The position numbers and the translations under genes were made by a program. A DNA stretch of 64,000 nucleotides, taken from Chlorokybus atmophyticus. Lineage: Eukaryota; Plantae; Mesostigma and Chlorokybus algae. Shown piece after piece: positions 1-11,239 of the stretch (position 1 is the stretch's first letter; every line of letters starts with the position of its first letter). The stretch lies in assembly GCA_009103225.1 (NCBI GenBank), contig RHPI01003642.1:797099-861098 (forward strand). Reading direction: 5' to 3'. The notes below the pieces were generated by a model. That model worked only from the letters and a program-made list of their open reading frames with translations, made no database searches and was not told where the DNA came from.

Positions 1-692
1 TTCTCCTGTGCTGATGAAGCAAAAGTCCGAGAGTCCGGCAGCCGCCAACCTCGACGTGAAGCTATCCTTATACAGTCCTGATGACTCTCCTGCATTCAAA
101 CAGTTCAGCAAAACGTTGATGTTGTTGCATGCGTATAGCAACGACCTAGTCAGCCATACGTGATAGGCACAGGCATGTCATAACGAGCTGACAGCGAGCT
201 CGTCACGATGCCTCCAAGCACGGGCGACCACTGGCACCGGTGCTGACAGTACAAGTACCACTTCCAGCATGCAGACGCAGGCATGCATGTTGCTAACCAT
301 GCGCTTTGCACTTCAAGCTTGTCCTGTGTTACAAAGATTACTATTGACACATGCAATTCAGATCAACGCATGAGAGAACTGGCGCATACCTGTAACAACT
401 TGTACACAGCGCACACATGTGGTACAGCCAACGCCGACAAAGTAGGACAGGACATGCGTGCTGACAAGCAGAAACACCAGCAACGCGTGACTCTTGCTTC
501 GTTCATCAAAGTTTAACACTAAGACGCATAATGGTCAAACCATGTAAAGCATGTGAACGGCTTGATCAACCTCAAGCTTACAACTGCATGCAACGCTGAA
601 GTCGACGCCCTTATTTCCGTCTGCTGCCGCGCCGCCTGCTGCGCCACGGCGCGACAAGCAGGCCGGACCAGCGCATCCACTGCTCTCCGCAT
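1..692 (-). CDS. 5' part of a spliced gene of unknown function running off the left edge (possible mitochondrial presequence)
   Basis: ATG at 692 gives MRRAVDALVRPACRAVAQQAARQQTEIRAS (Arg/Ala-rich, presequence-like). An exon after TGCAG near 90 reads GESSGLYKDSFTSRLAAAGLSDFCFISTGE. Telo-box upstream at 815-823. Internal exons not resolved. Confidence 0.4.
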
Positions 693-814
693 GGCACACC
701 AGCTCCAAGAACCAGTCCAGACCCCTCCAATCCCCACCACACCACACCACACCAAACGCTACCGCCGCCACCGCCGCCGCCGACAACCTGCGCGTAGAGT
801 CTGCTTTGCCGGCG

Positions 815-823
815 TTAGGGTTT
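815..823. promoter_or_regulatory. Telo-box (TTAGGGTTT / AAACCCTAA) in a divergent promoter
   Basis: Exact motif between the left-edge gene and TAF15b. Similar motifs at 19158-19166, 32960-32968, 52783-52790 and 56857-56865, mostly just upstream of gene starts. Confidence 0.6.
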
Positions 824-1038
824 GAGCTTCTGAACGTTAGTCTGCGCCGTGAGCACTACGCTAGCGGCTGTGCACCCACGGCGGTTTCACCGCCGGCGGC
901 AGCGGCGGCGGCGGTGGCGTGAGGCGTGGCCTGCCAGGTATGGATGGCGTCGTCATCGTTGTCGTCGTCATGCAAAGCTGCTGCCAGGGTTGAGAGGTCT
1001 TTACTTCTTGGTTGACCTCCAGTGTGTGGGCTTGCAGG

Positions 1039-3084
1039 ATGGGCGACTACGGAGGGTATGGCGGTGACGGCGGAGGCGGGTACGGTGGAGGAGGCGGTGG
1101 TGGGTACGGAGGGAGTGGCGGAGGAGGAGGCTACAGTGGAGGAGGCTATGGAGGCGGTGGTTACGAGGGTATCGTTGCTGTTTGTCGTTATTGTTCATTT
1201 CATAGCAGCGTCTTTTTCTACGTGCGTGTGTGTAAGCTCTGTGTGTACAAGCTGTGTATGTACTCAAGCAGGTGGCGGTGGTGGTGGCTATGGTGGAAGA
1301 GGCGGTGGTCGGGACTTTGGGGGCGGTGGCCGCGGCGGTGGTGGTGGCCGTGGCGGTGGCGGTGGCGGTGGACCGCAGCGCGAAGGCGACTGGCCGTGTC
1401 CGAACCCAGGGTGTGCATGTTGTATTGCGCATGCCGCAGATTTTTACCTTACCATACTTCTGCGAATTTACGTCTTGATGGCATGCTGCTCGTCTGATTG
1501 ATGCTTTCCAATAGATCTGCATGCACTGTTGGCATTGGTCCTCGTGTTGAGTACGGTGGCGCACGCTGCCTGCTTTATGTCCTTGCGGAACACGCTCAGC
1601 GTGCTTGTAGTTGGAAGTGGGTAGCTCTGTCGCACTGCGTGTCTGAAGCAGCCTTCACTAGTGCGTTTCTGCAACGTGCATCAGCTATCTGCTGTAGTTG
1701 GGCAAACTCTCTTAAATCAATTGTCGTCATTCAAGCTGCTCACCTCCGCACATTGTTTGCTCGCACCGGCAGTGGGTGTACCTTTTTGATCTTCACCATC
1801 ATGCATGTCTGAAGCCTCACTTGCAGGTGTGGAAATGTAAACTTTGCGCGTCGCACTGAATGCAACCGCTGCGGCACAGCTAAGCCTGACGGCGCAGGCG
1901 GTGGGGGAGGTGGGGGAGGTGGGTATGGCGGGCGTGGCGGTGGGTATGGTGGGGGTCGGGGGGGCAGAGACTCGTACAGCACACGTGGCGGCTTTGATGA
2001 CCGCGGAGGGGGCGGCGGCGGCAGTGGTGGTTATGATAGACCACCACGCGAAGAACGTGGCGGGTACAGCGGTGGTTTTGATAGAGCGCCGCGTGAAGAG
2101 CGAGGCGGCTACGGTGGCGGCGGGCGAGGCGGTGGAGGTGGCGGAGGTTATGGTGGTCGGGATGCAGGTGGCGGTGGTGGAGGCTATCAAGGCGGACGTG
2201 ACGGTGGCAGCCGCGATGGTGGATACGACAGAGGAGGTGCTGGTGGCAGCCACAATGGACGCGGAGGTTTTGAGGATAGGGCTCCGGCACACGATGACTC
2301 AGCTGATGTCAAGCAGTGCGACGACAAGTGCGGTGACACTTGCGAAAACACCCGCATCTACATAACTGGGCTAGTACCAGACGCCACTGAAGAAGAGCTT
2401 CAGCAGCTATTCGGTGGTATTGGCCAGGTATGCTTGTTGGTATGCATAGTTCATGTACGTCAGAATGGCACACATATCCCCAGTCGCAGGTGACAATGTA
2501 GGTGCAGCCTGCTTGTTGACTTCAAACCACTTGCAGGTTGCGAGAATAAAGCAAAAGCGAGGGTACAAGGACCAATGGCCTTGGAATGTCAAGATCTACA
2601 AGGATGATGCTGGAAATCCAAAGGGAGACGCAGTGTTGTCGTACGAGGACCCGCAAGCTGCGCACAGTGCCGGTGGCTTCTTCAATGGTATTTGCAACCA
2701 GTGTCTTGCGCTATCTCTGCGCCTAGTCATGCAGCATCCAACCTCTTGTGCTTGTACTGGTAACAGGGCATGTTTTCAAGGGTTCTCCGATCACTGTGAC
2801 AATGGCAGCAAAAAGCGCTCCAAAACCATACAGTGGCGGCGGCGGCGGATTCGGGGGCCGAGGGTAAGGCTTTGTCGGCCAGCTGCTTGTTTGCTCACAT
2901 TACGTGCTGTAGTCGCTGCACTTCGCGTAGCATGGATGTGTGAAAATTGGCTGCACTACCTGACCTGGCTGTATGCTTCTGTTTGCATTGCAGAGGTCGA
3001 GGCGGGGGCTTCCGCGGGGGTTTCAGTGGTCCTGATAGAAGAGGAGGAGACGATCGGGGTTTCAGGCGCGATCGACCGTACTGA
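1039..3084 (+). CDS. TAF15b: TAF15b / FET-family (FUS-EWS-TAF15) RNA-binding protein: Gly/Tyr-rich LCD, RanBP2 zinc finger, RRM, RGG tail
   Basis: Spliced exons give MGDYGGYGG..., REGDWPCPNPG|CGNVNFARRTECNRCG (RanBP2 ZnF), RIYITGL...LFGGIGQ|VARIKQKRGYKDQWPWNVKIYKD...GDAVLSYEDPQAAHSAGGFFN (plant TAF15b RRM) and ...RRDRPY*, with TGA at 3082-3084. GT-AG introns. Confidence 0.93.
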
Positions 3085-3688
3085 GGCAGCAGTGTGTTGA
3101 CACCCGAACCATCCTTGCTTAGTCTGCACGCTATTGGCATCAACGTATTGGCCGCAACTGCTGTGCTGGCTGCAAGCAGAGCAGGCAGTTGTGGTATGCA
3201 TTGGTTATGGCTGTTGTGCTTCTGGTATTGGTGCCTGGCCATTCTTGACAATGCTTACTGATGTTACCATCAGCGTTGGCCCACATGATCATCCTCTAAT
3301 CAGTGGCGCATTTGCCTACATTTTCATCATCTCATTATGAACGGCTGTTCATAGTGTCGGACAGTGTGGAACCCATAGTGCAACAGCCAAGCAAGTACAA
3401 ACACTGACAACGTGCGCGCTTGTATGCATGCCTAACGGAAGGAAGGTCTAAGGTAGTGTAGTCCATTAGGTGTAAACTAGCAGCGGGCACTACTTTATGC
3501 TAGCATGGTCAGTTTGCTGCTGTTTGCGTCATGCATGCTTGTAACTGCCTCGCGCATATCCTGTACACGCAACTCAGGCAAACAACGCTACAACATGCCC
3601 AATTCTCAACAGGTTGGGGCAGACAGCCTGCATGGGTATGTTTAGCTACAACCCGGGTGGGGTGGGGTGGGGAGGGGTGGAGATACGC

Positions 3689-3759
3689 CAACATGGAAGG
3701 TTACATGAATCCCCCGGGGGGGGGGGGGATAAATATGTCAACATGGAAGGTTACATGAA
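3689..3759. repeat. 21-bp direct repeat flanking a C5-G13 tract
   Basis: CAACATGGAAGGTTACATGAA at 3689-3709 and 3739-3759, with TCCCCC-G13-ATAAATATGT between them. Confidence 0.9.
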
Positions 3760-4128
3760 GCAAATGTAGTATTGAACAAAATAGCATGCTGCATATGTTA
3801 TTGCTGCAACACATAGGGTAGTGGCTATGACAGATGCAAACGAAACATGCACGACTCAATACTATCAATAAATGCTGAGCATACATTGCATGGGTGCAAC
3901 AGCACCTTCGATTTGTACAACCCACGGAACAATAGGCAAAGGCTTATACAATGTACACAAAGTGTGATAAGGTTTACACATGTGGTAAACCTTTACTCAT
4001 ATGGCTTGGGTGGTTACAGTGAGTAGAGCTTGTGTATATGTGGTTGCTAGCTGGTATCTGTGCTATGCTACGTCTGCTTGTAGTCCTGGCCCCTATCCTA
4101 CCCTACACAAACAAAAAGAACCATAATG

Positions 4129-7100
4129 TCATTCGGGTAGGGTGCTCAATCCATCCAGCTTGTATGGGTTGAGGCACTTACAGCTGGACTTGTTTATGCC
4201 CGCCTGTCTACATGTACGGCCCGTTTCCCTGTCTTCCACCAAGCCAGCCATCAGGCTCTTGCCTTCTAGTCTCCTTGGCCAAAGCGTGGCATTATTGCAG
4301 ATGGAGCTTCGTAGTTGTGACATCCTCAACACGTGCAGCAACGTAGCATGAATGTCAAAGCTTCCCACCAGCGCCTGAGTCAGCAGCAAACAAGCATGGT
4401 GAGTGTTGATGAAGGCTACCAATCAGCTATGACGTGCAGGTCACTGCACCACAAGCGACCGCGATGCTGACTGCTGACTGCACAATACTTGAACAACAGG
4501 ACAAATCCATCCCGTGCGCAAGTGCACATGCTTGAGGCAACAGCTGGAGAGCAGCTGTTGCCTCATGCAGATGCACACGAAAGACGTCATTGCAAACAAT
4601 GTTAGCGCAAACTGCAGACTGTACCTGTGTATTCTCGAGTAGAGCAGTTGCGCGACTTGCGCTCAACATGTATTTTGGGGCCACTATATGCAGCAAGGGC
4701 AGATAGTTCTCCAACTTTGTCTGGTATGCATCCGCCACTGTCAGCGGCCTCATGTGCAGCCCGTGATCACTTATAATAACCACCAGCGTGTTGTTCAAGT
4801 GGCCGGAAGCCTCAAAGTCTTGCAAGAAGGACGCTATCTGCAATGACGTGTTGATCAATACTGCTTAGCACTGTATGCTCCGATTAAAATAACCGCTCAC
4901 ATTGGTAATGATCCATATCGACCTTGATACCTGAGGGTCCAAGCGACCGATAATCTCTCCAGTGCCTTCATGACCTTCAGTAAAACCGACTCGCACGAAC
5001 TTGGGCACATCGGCGTACGCCTCCCAGAACAGCCGAAGGTAGTCCAGGACCCACTCATGCACCTACGCATGCCAATGCATATAAGATTGTGCTGAAGCGA
5101 CTGATGGTTTGAGACAAGCAACTAGTTACTGCTATGCGCATGAAACCTGATTGCCATGTAAGCACGGTCTATATAGAACAACGCAATTGATGCTTTCAAA
5201 ACTGGTAATTCGCACGCACCTCCTTGCCATGCAAACAGCGCCTGCGCACGGAGAAGGGTCCAACAAAGTTCCCTTGAGCATTCCCCGGCACATAGTATGA
5301 TGGGTCGCAGAAGGGCGGTACGAACTCATGATCGACCTTGCTCACGTTCAGCTGATACGTTGCAGAGAAGTCCTGCAACATGTGTATCAAGCAGTGTGTC
5401 AAGCAGTGTTTGCTGCACAAACGCACAGCCAGTAAGGCTTGAGTCATCTCAAGTTTGCAGTGTCACTTGCCTGGCATGAGTTATCTATATGTGCGGTTAT
5501 GTATCCGTGGTCACCATACACCTCCCAGATGGGCGCGGTTGTGTTGACCTGCATTAATCAGGATGGTTGGCTGCCGTAAATGCAGATAAACACAAGCGCT
5601 GCTCAACAGCTTAAAAGTACGTAACCTCCTCCAAAGTGTCACCTCCAACAAAAATTGCACGGTCATTGGGTGTTGTGGTTTGGCCGCGTGCATGGTAACG
5701 CAGCGATTCAAACGCCCAACCATCTGGGGGTGCAACATTGCAAGCGCACATAAGTGGGGTGTTCCCTTTACATGGAAGGCACGCCGTTGGGGACCATTCA
5801 CAAAAGAGAAGTCTTGTCATGAGTGACACACATTTGTGCTTACCCATGCTGCGAGCCTTCAGCGCCGCTGCCACCGAGGCTTGCAGGGCTTCTCCCTGAA
5901 CACCTTCCGGATGAGCATTCAACCTGGGCCTCCGTCTTAGCCACTCCACAATCTTTGGAAACTTCCTGATGAAGTGGCGCCTGCTGACGGCATCCAGATA
6001 AAGCAACAACACGTTGGGAGGGCGAATCATGTCGCCCTCATCTTCCATTTGATGTCCAGTACTCTGTTGACATGTTGACTCGGACTCATCCAAGGTCTCT
6101 GAGAGGAGGTCCGCGCGTTTCCAATGCGAGCGCACGCGCTCGACAGCCGTTTCATTGCGTACGCAGCGACGCACAAGAAGGCTCTCCTCATGTCTGTATG
6201 CGTTTAGTCGATGCAACGAGGAGTCAGAGTGGCAAGAAGCTACCACAGCCTCAGTGTGAGGAGAAGCCACCGCTCTCCCAATTATCGGCCTCTCGCTGAC
6301 GTCCACATTGGCCATCCCAAGTGCGGCAAAGTCGTCATACTCCACGAGAGTCACATGCAAATGAGATGTGGCGTTGAACACCGCCCGCTGGTACACGTCT
6401 GTCCACCCACCATCGTCATACCTAAAGTCGGTCTGCCATAACAGTCTCAGCGTACCAAGCCATCAACATGGCATGTTGCACTTGAAGTCACGTGTTGACC
6501 CAGTATGCTTCTCACCTTCCACTCAAGAGGAAAGTTTTCAGATCGCGGCAGCTCCAAAGCGGCCGGGAGCCAGCCTTGTCGGCACGCAATAAATACTTGA
6601 TCACCAACCTGTGAAACAACTCCCAAGGTCACCGCACAACTACTGAGGTCATCTCACCAATAAGGATGTGTGCTAACAGTCATGTACATACCCACTCTGC
6701 TGCTGGGCGGTGCTCATCCCCGGCGCCGCAATCGCGGCCGAGAACTTTGTCGAAGGAGAGGGAGCCGTCCAAAGCGTCTACCCATGCAACAGGGTTCGCC
6801 AGCTGGCAGCCGTGACCGACATGCCCGGGAGGAGGCCTCAAGACCAGGTCACTCGGGCCCAGCGCGTGAGTCCAGGACCTAACAGCATATGGTCAGGTGT
6901 TAGGAGAATATTCGGATATGAGGCTCTGGCACAAGACCAGCTTTGTGGCGTGCAACGGCCTACTAACCGATGACCTTCAACCAATCGCTTTGTAATAACA
7001 AAGCTGGGTAGCGCCAGAACCAAGAGCAGCTTGCTGCAGAATGTCCAGTTTGTATAGCTTATACTGCAATGGAGGTATATGTCAGCGTTCTGGGAACGTA

Positions 7101-8279
7101 ACAGACTGCACCATCAGCGCGCGCACGCGCACTTGCCTGTAAGCCCAAACGAGCAGCAACACGGCCACCACTGAAGGCACGAAGCCCAGGACAAAAACCA
7201 CCAAGTTGTACGCGCCGTGCGAGTCTAGCGTGTTGCCCTGCACAACGAACACATGGTGTTGTTTGAATGTCAGCATTGGCTCTTGGGACCAGTTGCACGC
7301 TCCGTGATGTGAGCATTTGTGGTTTTCACTTCGCACCGTGTCCCAAGCGAGCATGGCCAGCATTGTGACGGTGATGTATGCGAGGCCCCAGCCCCTCAGC
7401 TTCAAGCTGCCTCTCCCTTCCGTCCTGCTGGCTGCATTGGAAGGGGCTGGTGCCAGCAGCGCAAGCACCGCCACATCCAGCAGAGTCACACTGGCGGCCA
7501 CCCATGCACCCATCACCTGGCGACAGACGCAGTGATGATGTCAATATCTTGCAACAGGTGTAGCTACTTGCAGCTGCTCTGCTCTTGTGCGCGTACCGCA
7601 AGGTGGTCGTGGAGCCACTTGGGCCTGTCTCGGACACTAGGATCCGGCGTCATGAGTGAACTGAAGCAAGTGGGTTTGTCACTATGCGCAATATAGCTCA
7701 AGCGTGCAAAGCTCGAGTCCTACTTGACAAGACAGCACCTCAGCGTAAACAGCTGGTTTACCAGAAGTAGGCGAGAGCACCGGCGGTGCTGCTAGCGCAC
7801 CCCACTAACAGGCGGACCCAAGTGCCCACCAACTCGTCCGCCCCTCCTTCTCCTCCTTCCCGTCTTTTCCTACAGAGCATATACATGCGCACTCTGTGGC
7901 ATCAGCCCAAGCCTGTCTACCTATTGCCACAACGCAGTGCTACCACCATCACTGCACTGCAAGCGTTGCATACAACACGCGTTAGGATGCCAGCATTGAC
8001 ACACATATGACACAGAGTGCTACGAAGCACAAGCCGAACACTGAGCGTGGACAGCATTGCCCCCGGCAACATGTGGGGCAAGTGTGCATAGACAGTAATG
8101 GTACCTGGTGCGTTGGGATGCATGATTCTGTGCATGTGAAGGTTGAGTCTTGAAGGCAAGCGGCAGGGGCAGCTCCTCCGCGCGGGAGCCAGCCGGCACT
8201 CCTTGCCGAAGAGTGTCTGGTTGCTGTTGGTTTGCTGCAGCAATTGCTTTGAATTAGCCTCATTCAAGCTCAAAGCCAT
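4129..8279 (-). CDS. DUF229-like (alkaline phosphatase/sulfatase superfamily) protein with a multi-TM N-terminus; 5' end uncertain
   Basis: Exons encode PPNVLLLYLDAVSRRHF, FESLRYHARGQTT, FWEAYADVPKF...TEGHEGT, LNNTLVVIISDHG...ENYLPLLHIVAP and VGSFDIHATLLH. TGA at 4129-4131. Hydrophobic exons at about 7137-7516 and 7759-7874 join in phase. Confidence 0.75.
5373..5470 (-). other. GC-AG intron in the DUF229 gene
   Basis: CAG|GCAAGT...TTGCAG|GAC joins DNSCQ|DFSATY in frame. Confidence 0.7.
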
Positions 8280-8483
8280 CTGAAGCAAGCAGCCAAAACA
8301 ACACAGCAGACACGGCATACAGGCTGTTGGGCTGCTTTCAGATCCTGAGCTCGACGTGGTGAAATCTTAGATTGGAGGCATGCAGACAAGACAAAATCTT
8401 CGCGACGTGCATGCATAAGGCTCAGGAACGCAGCTCAACTGCATTCGCTACAGATCAACTGACTTCGATGGTACTGTCAGCTC

Positions 8484-9277
8484 ATGCGCACACGCAACAA
8501 CGCACTGCGTTGTGCTAACAACTGTGGACGGACCTGTGAAAGCGCCCCGGAGAAGCAGGCTGCGCTCTTTCAGACATGCTTTCTCAGAGCCGACAATGGA
8601 CGGCATCTAGGACGTATTCCAAACCGCTGTGCAAAGCTTCAGTCACAGCTTGGCTCAGCTCTTCGGCGACCACGCCGAAGAAGAGCTCAGCTTGGTCGCA
8701 TGGGGGGTCAGACCAGCCAATTCCGTGCAGCAGTAAGCCTAGCAGCGGGTCCCACCGCAACTAGAGCTAAACTTTAACTCCAGCAGAGCAGCGCAGCAAT
8801 TGCCCCTTCTTGGAAGCCACTGCCCGACACACGTCGGTGCCGGCACCGCTGCCGCTGTGGCTGCCGCTGCTCTGAACAATCAGCCTCGGCAGGTGCGTAC
8901 CATGCAGCGCAGTACTGTACCCTGCCTGCCTCGCACAGCTTGCCTTACTGTCATCCGTGCCTTTTCTGGAGAGTTGCGCCGGACCGTGAAGTCAACTTTC
9001 AGAGTCCGTCATTGAAAGGCATTGACGGTCTATTACAATATGCCGGTACAGCGACAACATGATCTCTTCTCGAATTGCACCCTTGCATTCAGCTGCTGAA
9101 TCCATCGCTGCGGTGCATCTTCCGTGCTGCATCTTGGTAATGATAAAACTGGTCCTGCAAGTACAACACAATGATTGTATTGCCACGGTCACACAGTGCC
9201 ACGATCAGCCTTACCCCGTTATAGGAATCAAGTGTATTGCACAATTTCATGCCGTTGATGCCGCAACAACATAACAT
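8484..9277 (+). other. Possible small spliced gene divergent from DUF229 (unresolved)
   Basis: Exon-like blocks at about 8939-9045, 9093-9136 and 9197-9277 join in one open frame (LPYCHPCLFWRVAPDREVNF...HAVDAATT*). No in-phase start exon was found. Confidence 0.25.
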
Positions 9278-10001
9278 GGCACAGTCTATGACGACATCAC
9301 GTGTCGAGTGTTGCCGACGCAGAGCTCCCTGAACGCATGTCTATTCAGTACGCATAACGTCATTAACAACACGTGACAAAGACTGATCAATTGCCATGCT
9401 ATGAACGACTGTGCTGCGTATACGCACCGTTATCACACCATGAACCATTTATAAGCTTTATGAATAAACATTCTATAAAAGGTCTTATAGTTATATCATC
9501 AATTGACATGTGAAGGTTATGAGCTAAGCAACTGTTGTGGGTAGCAGCAATCGACCCTTAAGCATGAAGACTTATATCAATGACAAGTAAGTCATGGTAT
9601 GCGTATGAGGTAAGAATGTATGTGTATAAGCACACAACGGTGGGGAGCATTTCGTGCCCGCTGATATTGCATGACACATGTGACTGTAGGTATGCCAAAC
9701 GCTAACAGTGATGGATACTAATATAGCCTGCAGCCGTTGCAAGTTGTGAGTGGAAAGTATAAGATGCAACCGAGACAACTGGCGGCAAGGGGGCTGGTCG
9801 TGTGGTCGTGATCGTGATTCTGGTCGTCCGCCTAACCTCTCCCTCTCCCTCTCCCTCTGCCCCTACGCTGTACTCTGCAGGTACACAAGCGCCTGCTGTC
9901 AAAGATTTGGATGATTTGTTGGTGTGCACTTATCTAGCCAGCCCTCTTTGTGCTAGGGTTGGTGTTGCGAACTGTTGATCGTTGCTGTGATGATGTGATG
10001 C

Positions 10002-10421
10002 TTGTGTGACTGTAAATGTGCGCTTTGGCTGGACGTCAACATTACTGCATGCGAGCTCAAAGCTGGGATGGCGGTGAGAGAGGCAGAGTTGGGGAAGCGG
10101 AGGAAGTACAGGAATCATCCATCGGCGGATGAGTTCTTTCCCCTGGCGACGGAGACACACGGCACGCTCGGTGACGCCTTCAACACGGTCATCAACAGGT
10201 GCGCGCGTTAGGCAGTCCATGGGCGGGGCTTGCCGCTGGCGCGACTGGGTGGGTACGTAGCCTTCTTCAGGCAGCGCGTGGCATGTGCGCTGCAACGGGC
10301 GCAAGGGATGGCCCTGCTCGAGAGGGTGGCGGCAGCGGTGGTGGCGGCGCCGGGCTGGAGCCCCCTGCTGGCGGTGCGTCCTACGGCGGAGGCGGACGTG
10401 GCGCTCGCGGGAGTAATGTAG
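10002..10421 (+). mobile_element. 5'-truncated, degenerate CRE-type non-LTR retrotransposon fragment (C-terminal restriction-like endonuclease region)
   Basis: One frame reads WLDVNIT...AVREAELGKRRKY...FFPLATETHGTLG...RCAR*AVHG...FFRQRVACALQRAQ, matching the DV...K..KY...F.PLA.ET.G / QR.S.ALQR.N pattern of CRE-like RLE domains. In-frame TAG at 10209-10211. Confidence 0.75.
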
Positions 10422-11239
10422 GCAAACACTGGACATAGCCAGCTTGTAAGTGGTTTGTGTTGTGGTGATGTGGTGATGTTGGTGTAGGCATGGACATCGT
10501 GTATGTGTTGTGACTGTATTGGTTGATGTAATAGTGCACTGCACTGTGCGCTTGCTGGTGTGCCACTATTGGGGGACCCTCTCTTTTACCTTATGCGTAT
10601 GTTGTGAATATAATAAGCGAGTTTAAGTAACAACTTTTTATAAATAACAAATGCAACATGGGTTAATGAAAACTACTACAACCTCAACGTTTTTAAAGAG
10701 ATTTTAATAATTTTAAACTTTGGATAAGGATTATAATGACTTAAAAGCTTTAAATCATTACGATCTTCTTTTTACACACCTCGCATGCTAAGATATAATG
10801 TGATTTTGGTCGTAATGCATAACTACGGCGGGTTCTCTGCTATGTGGAATGAATGACTTCTCAATTGTGTTGTGCAACCCCACCGTGAGGTTGAACAAAC
10901 ATCAACTTTTACTCATGTTGTTTTTTGTGAACGTAATTGCATGGGTTAAACCTTGCGTGCAACATACTGCAAGTCTTACATGAATATTTAATCATACAGC
11001 AAGGTCTCTCTAATTCAACTCATTCTACATTACCATGTGCTAAGCGTGCAGTTGATATGCGCATCAAACCGCAAGTCACTGTCTCGATTGCAAATAACAT
11101 GCTATCAACGTGAATGGATCCGATCTCTTGCTATCTTGCTCCAACTACTCACAAAAGCGACAAAATTTTGCACCTAGTTGTTGACTGCATTTCATTCATG
11201 AAGCTGAACAGCTCTCAACCGTCAATGCCGTATCACTAA

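Noticed and set aside
10209-10211. In-frame TAG codons in TE relics (also just before the Penelope TFD motif) and the preference for TGA stops suggested TAA/TAG-to-Gln reassignment, as in some ulvophytes
   Set aside because: Long host exons such as the SLY1 terminal exon contain many Gln codons but no in-frame TAA/TAG. NagB, the ALMT-like gene, EamA and the orphan gene end at TAG or TAA at sensible positions. CAG-to-TAG decay in dead TEs explains the cases.
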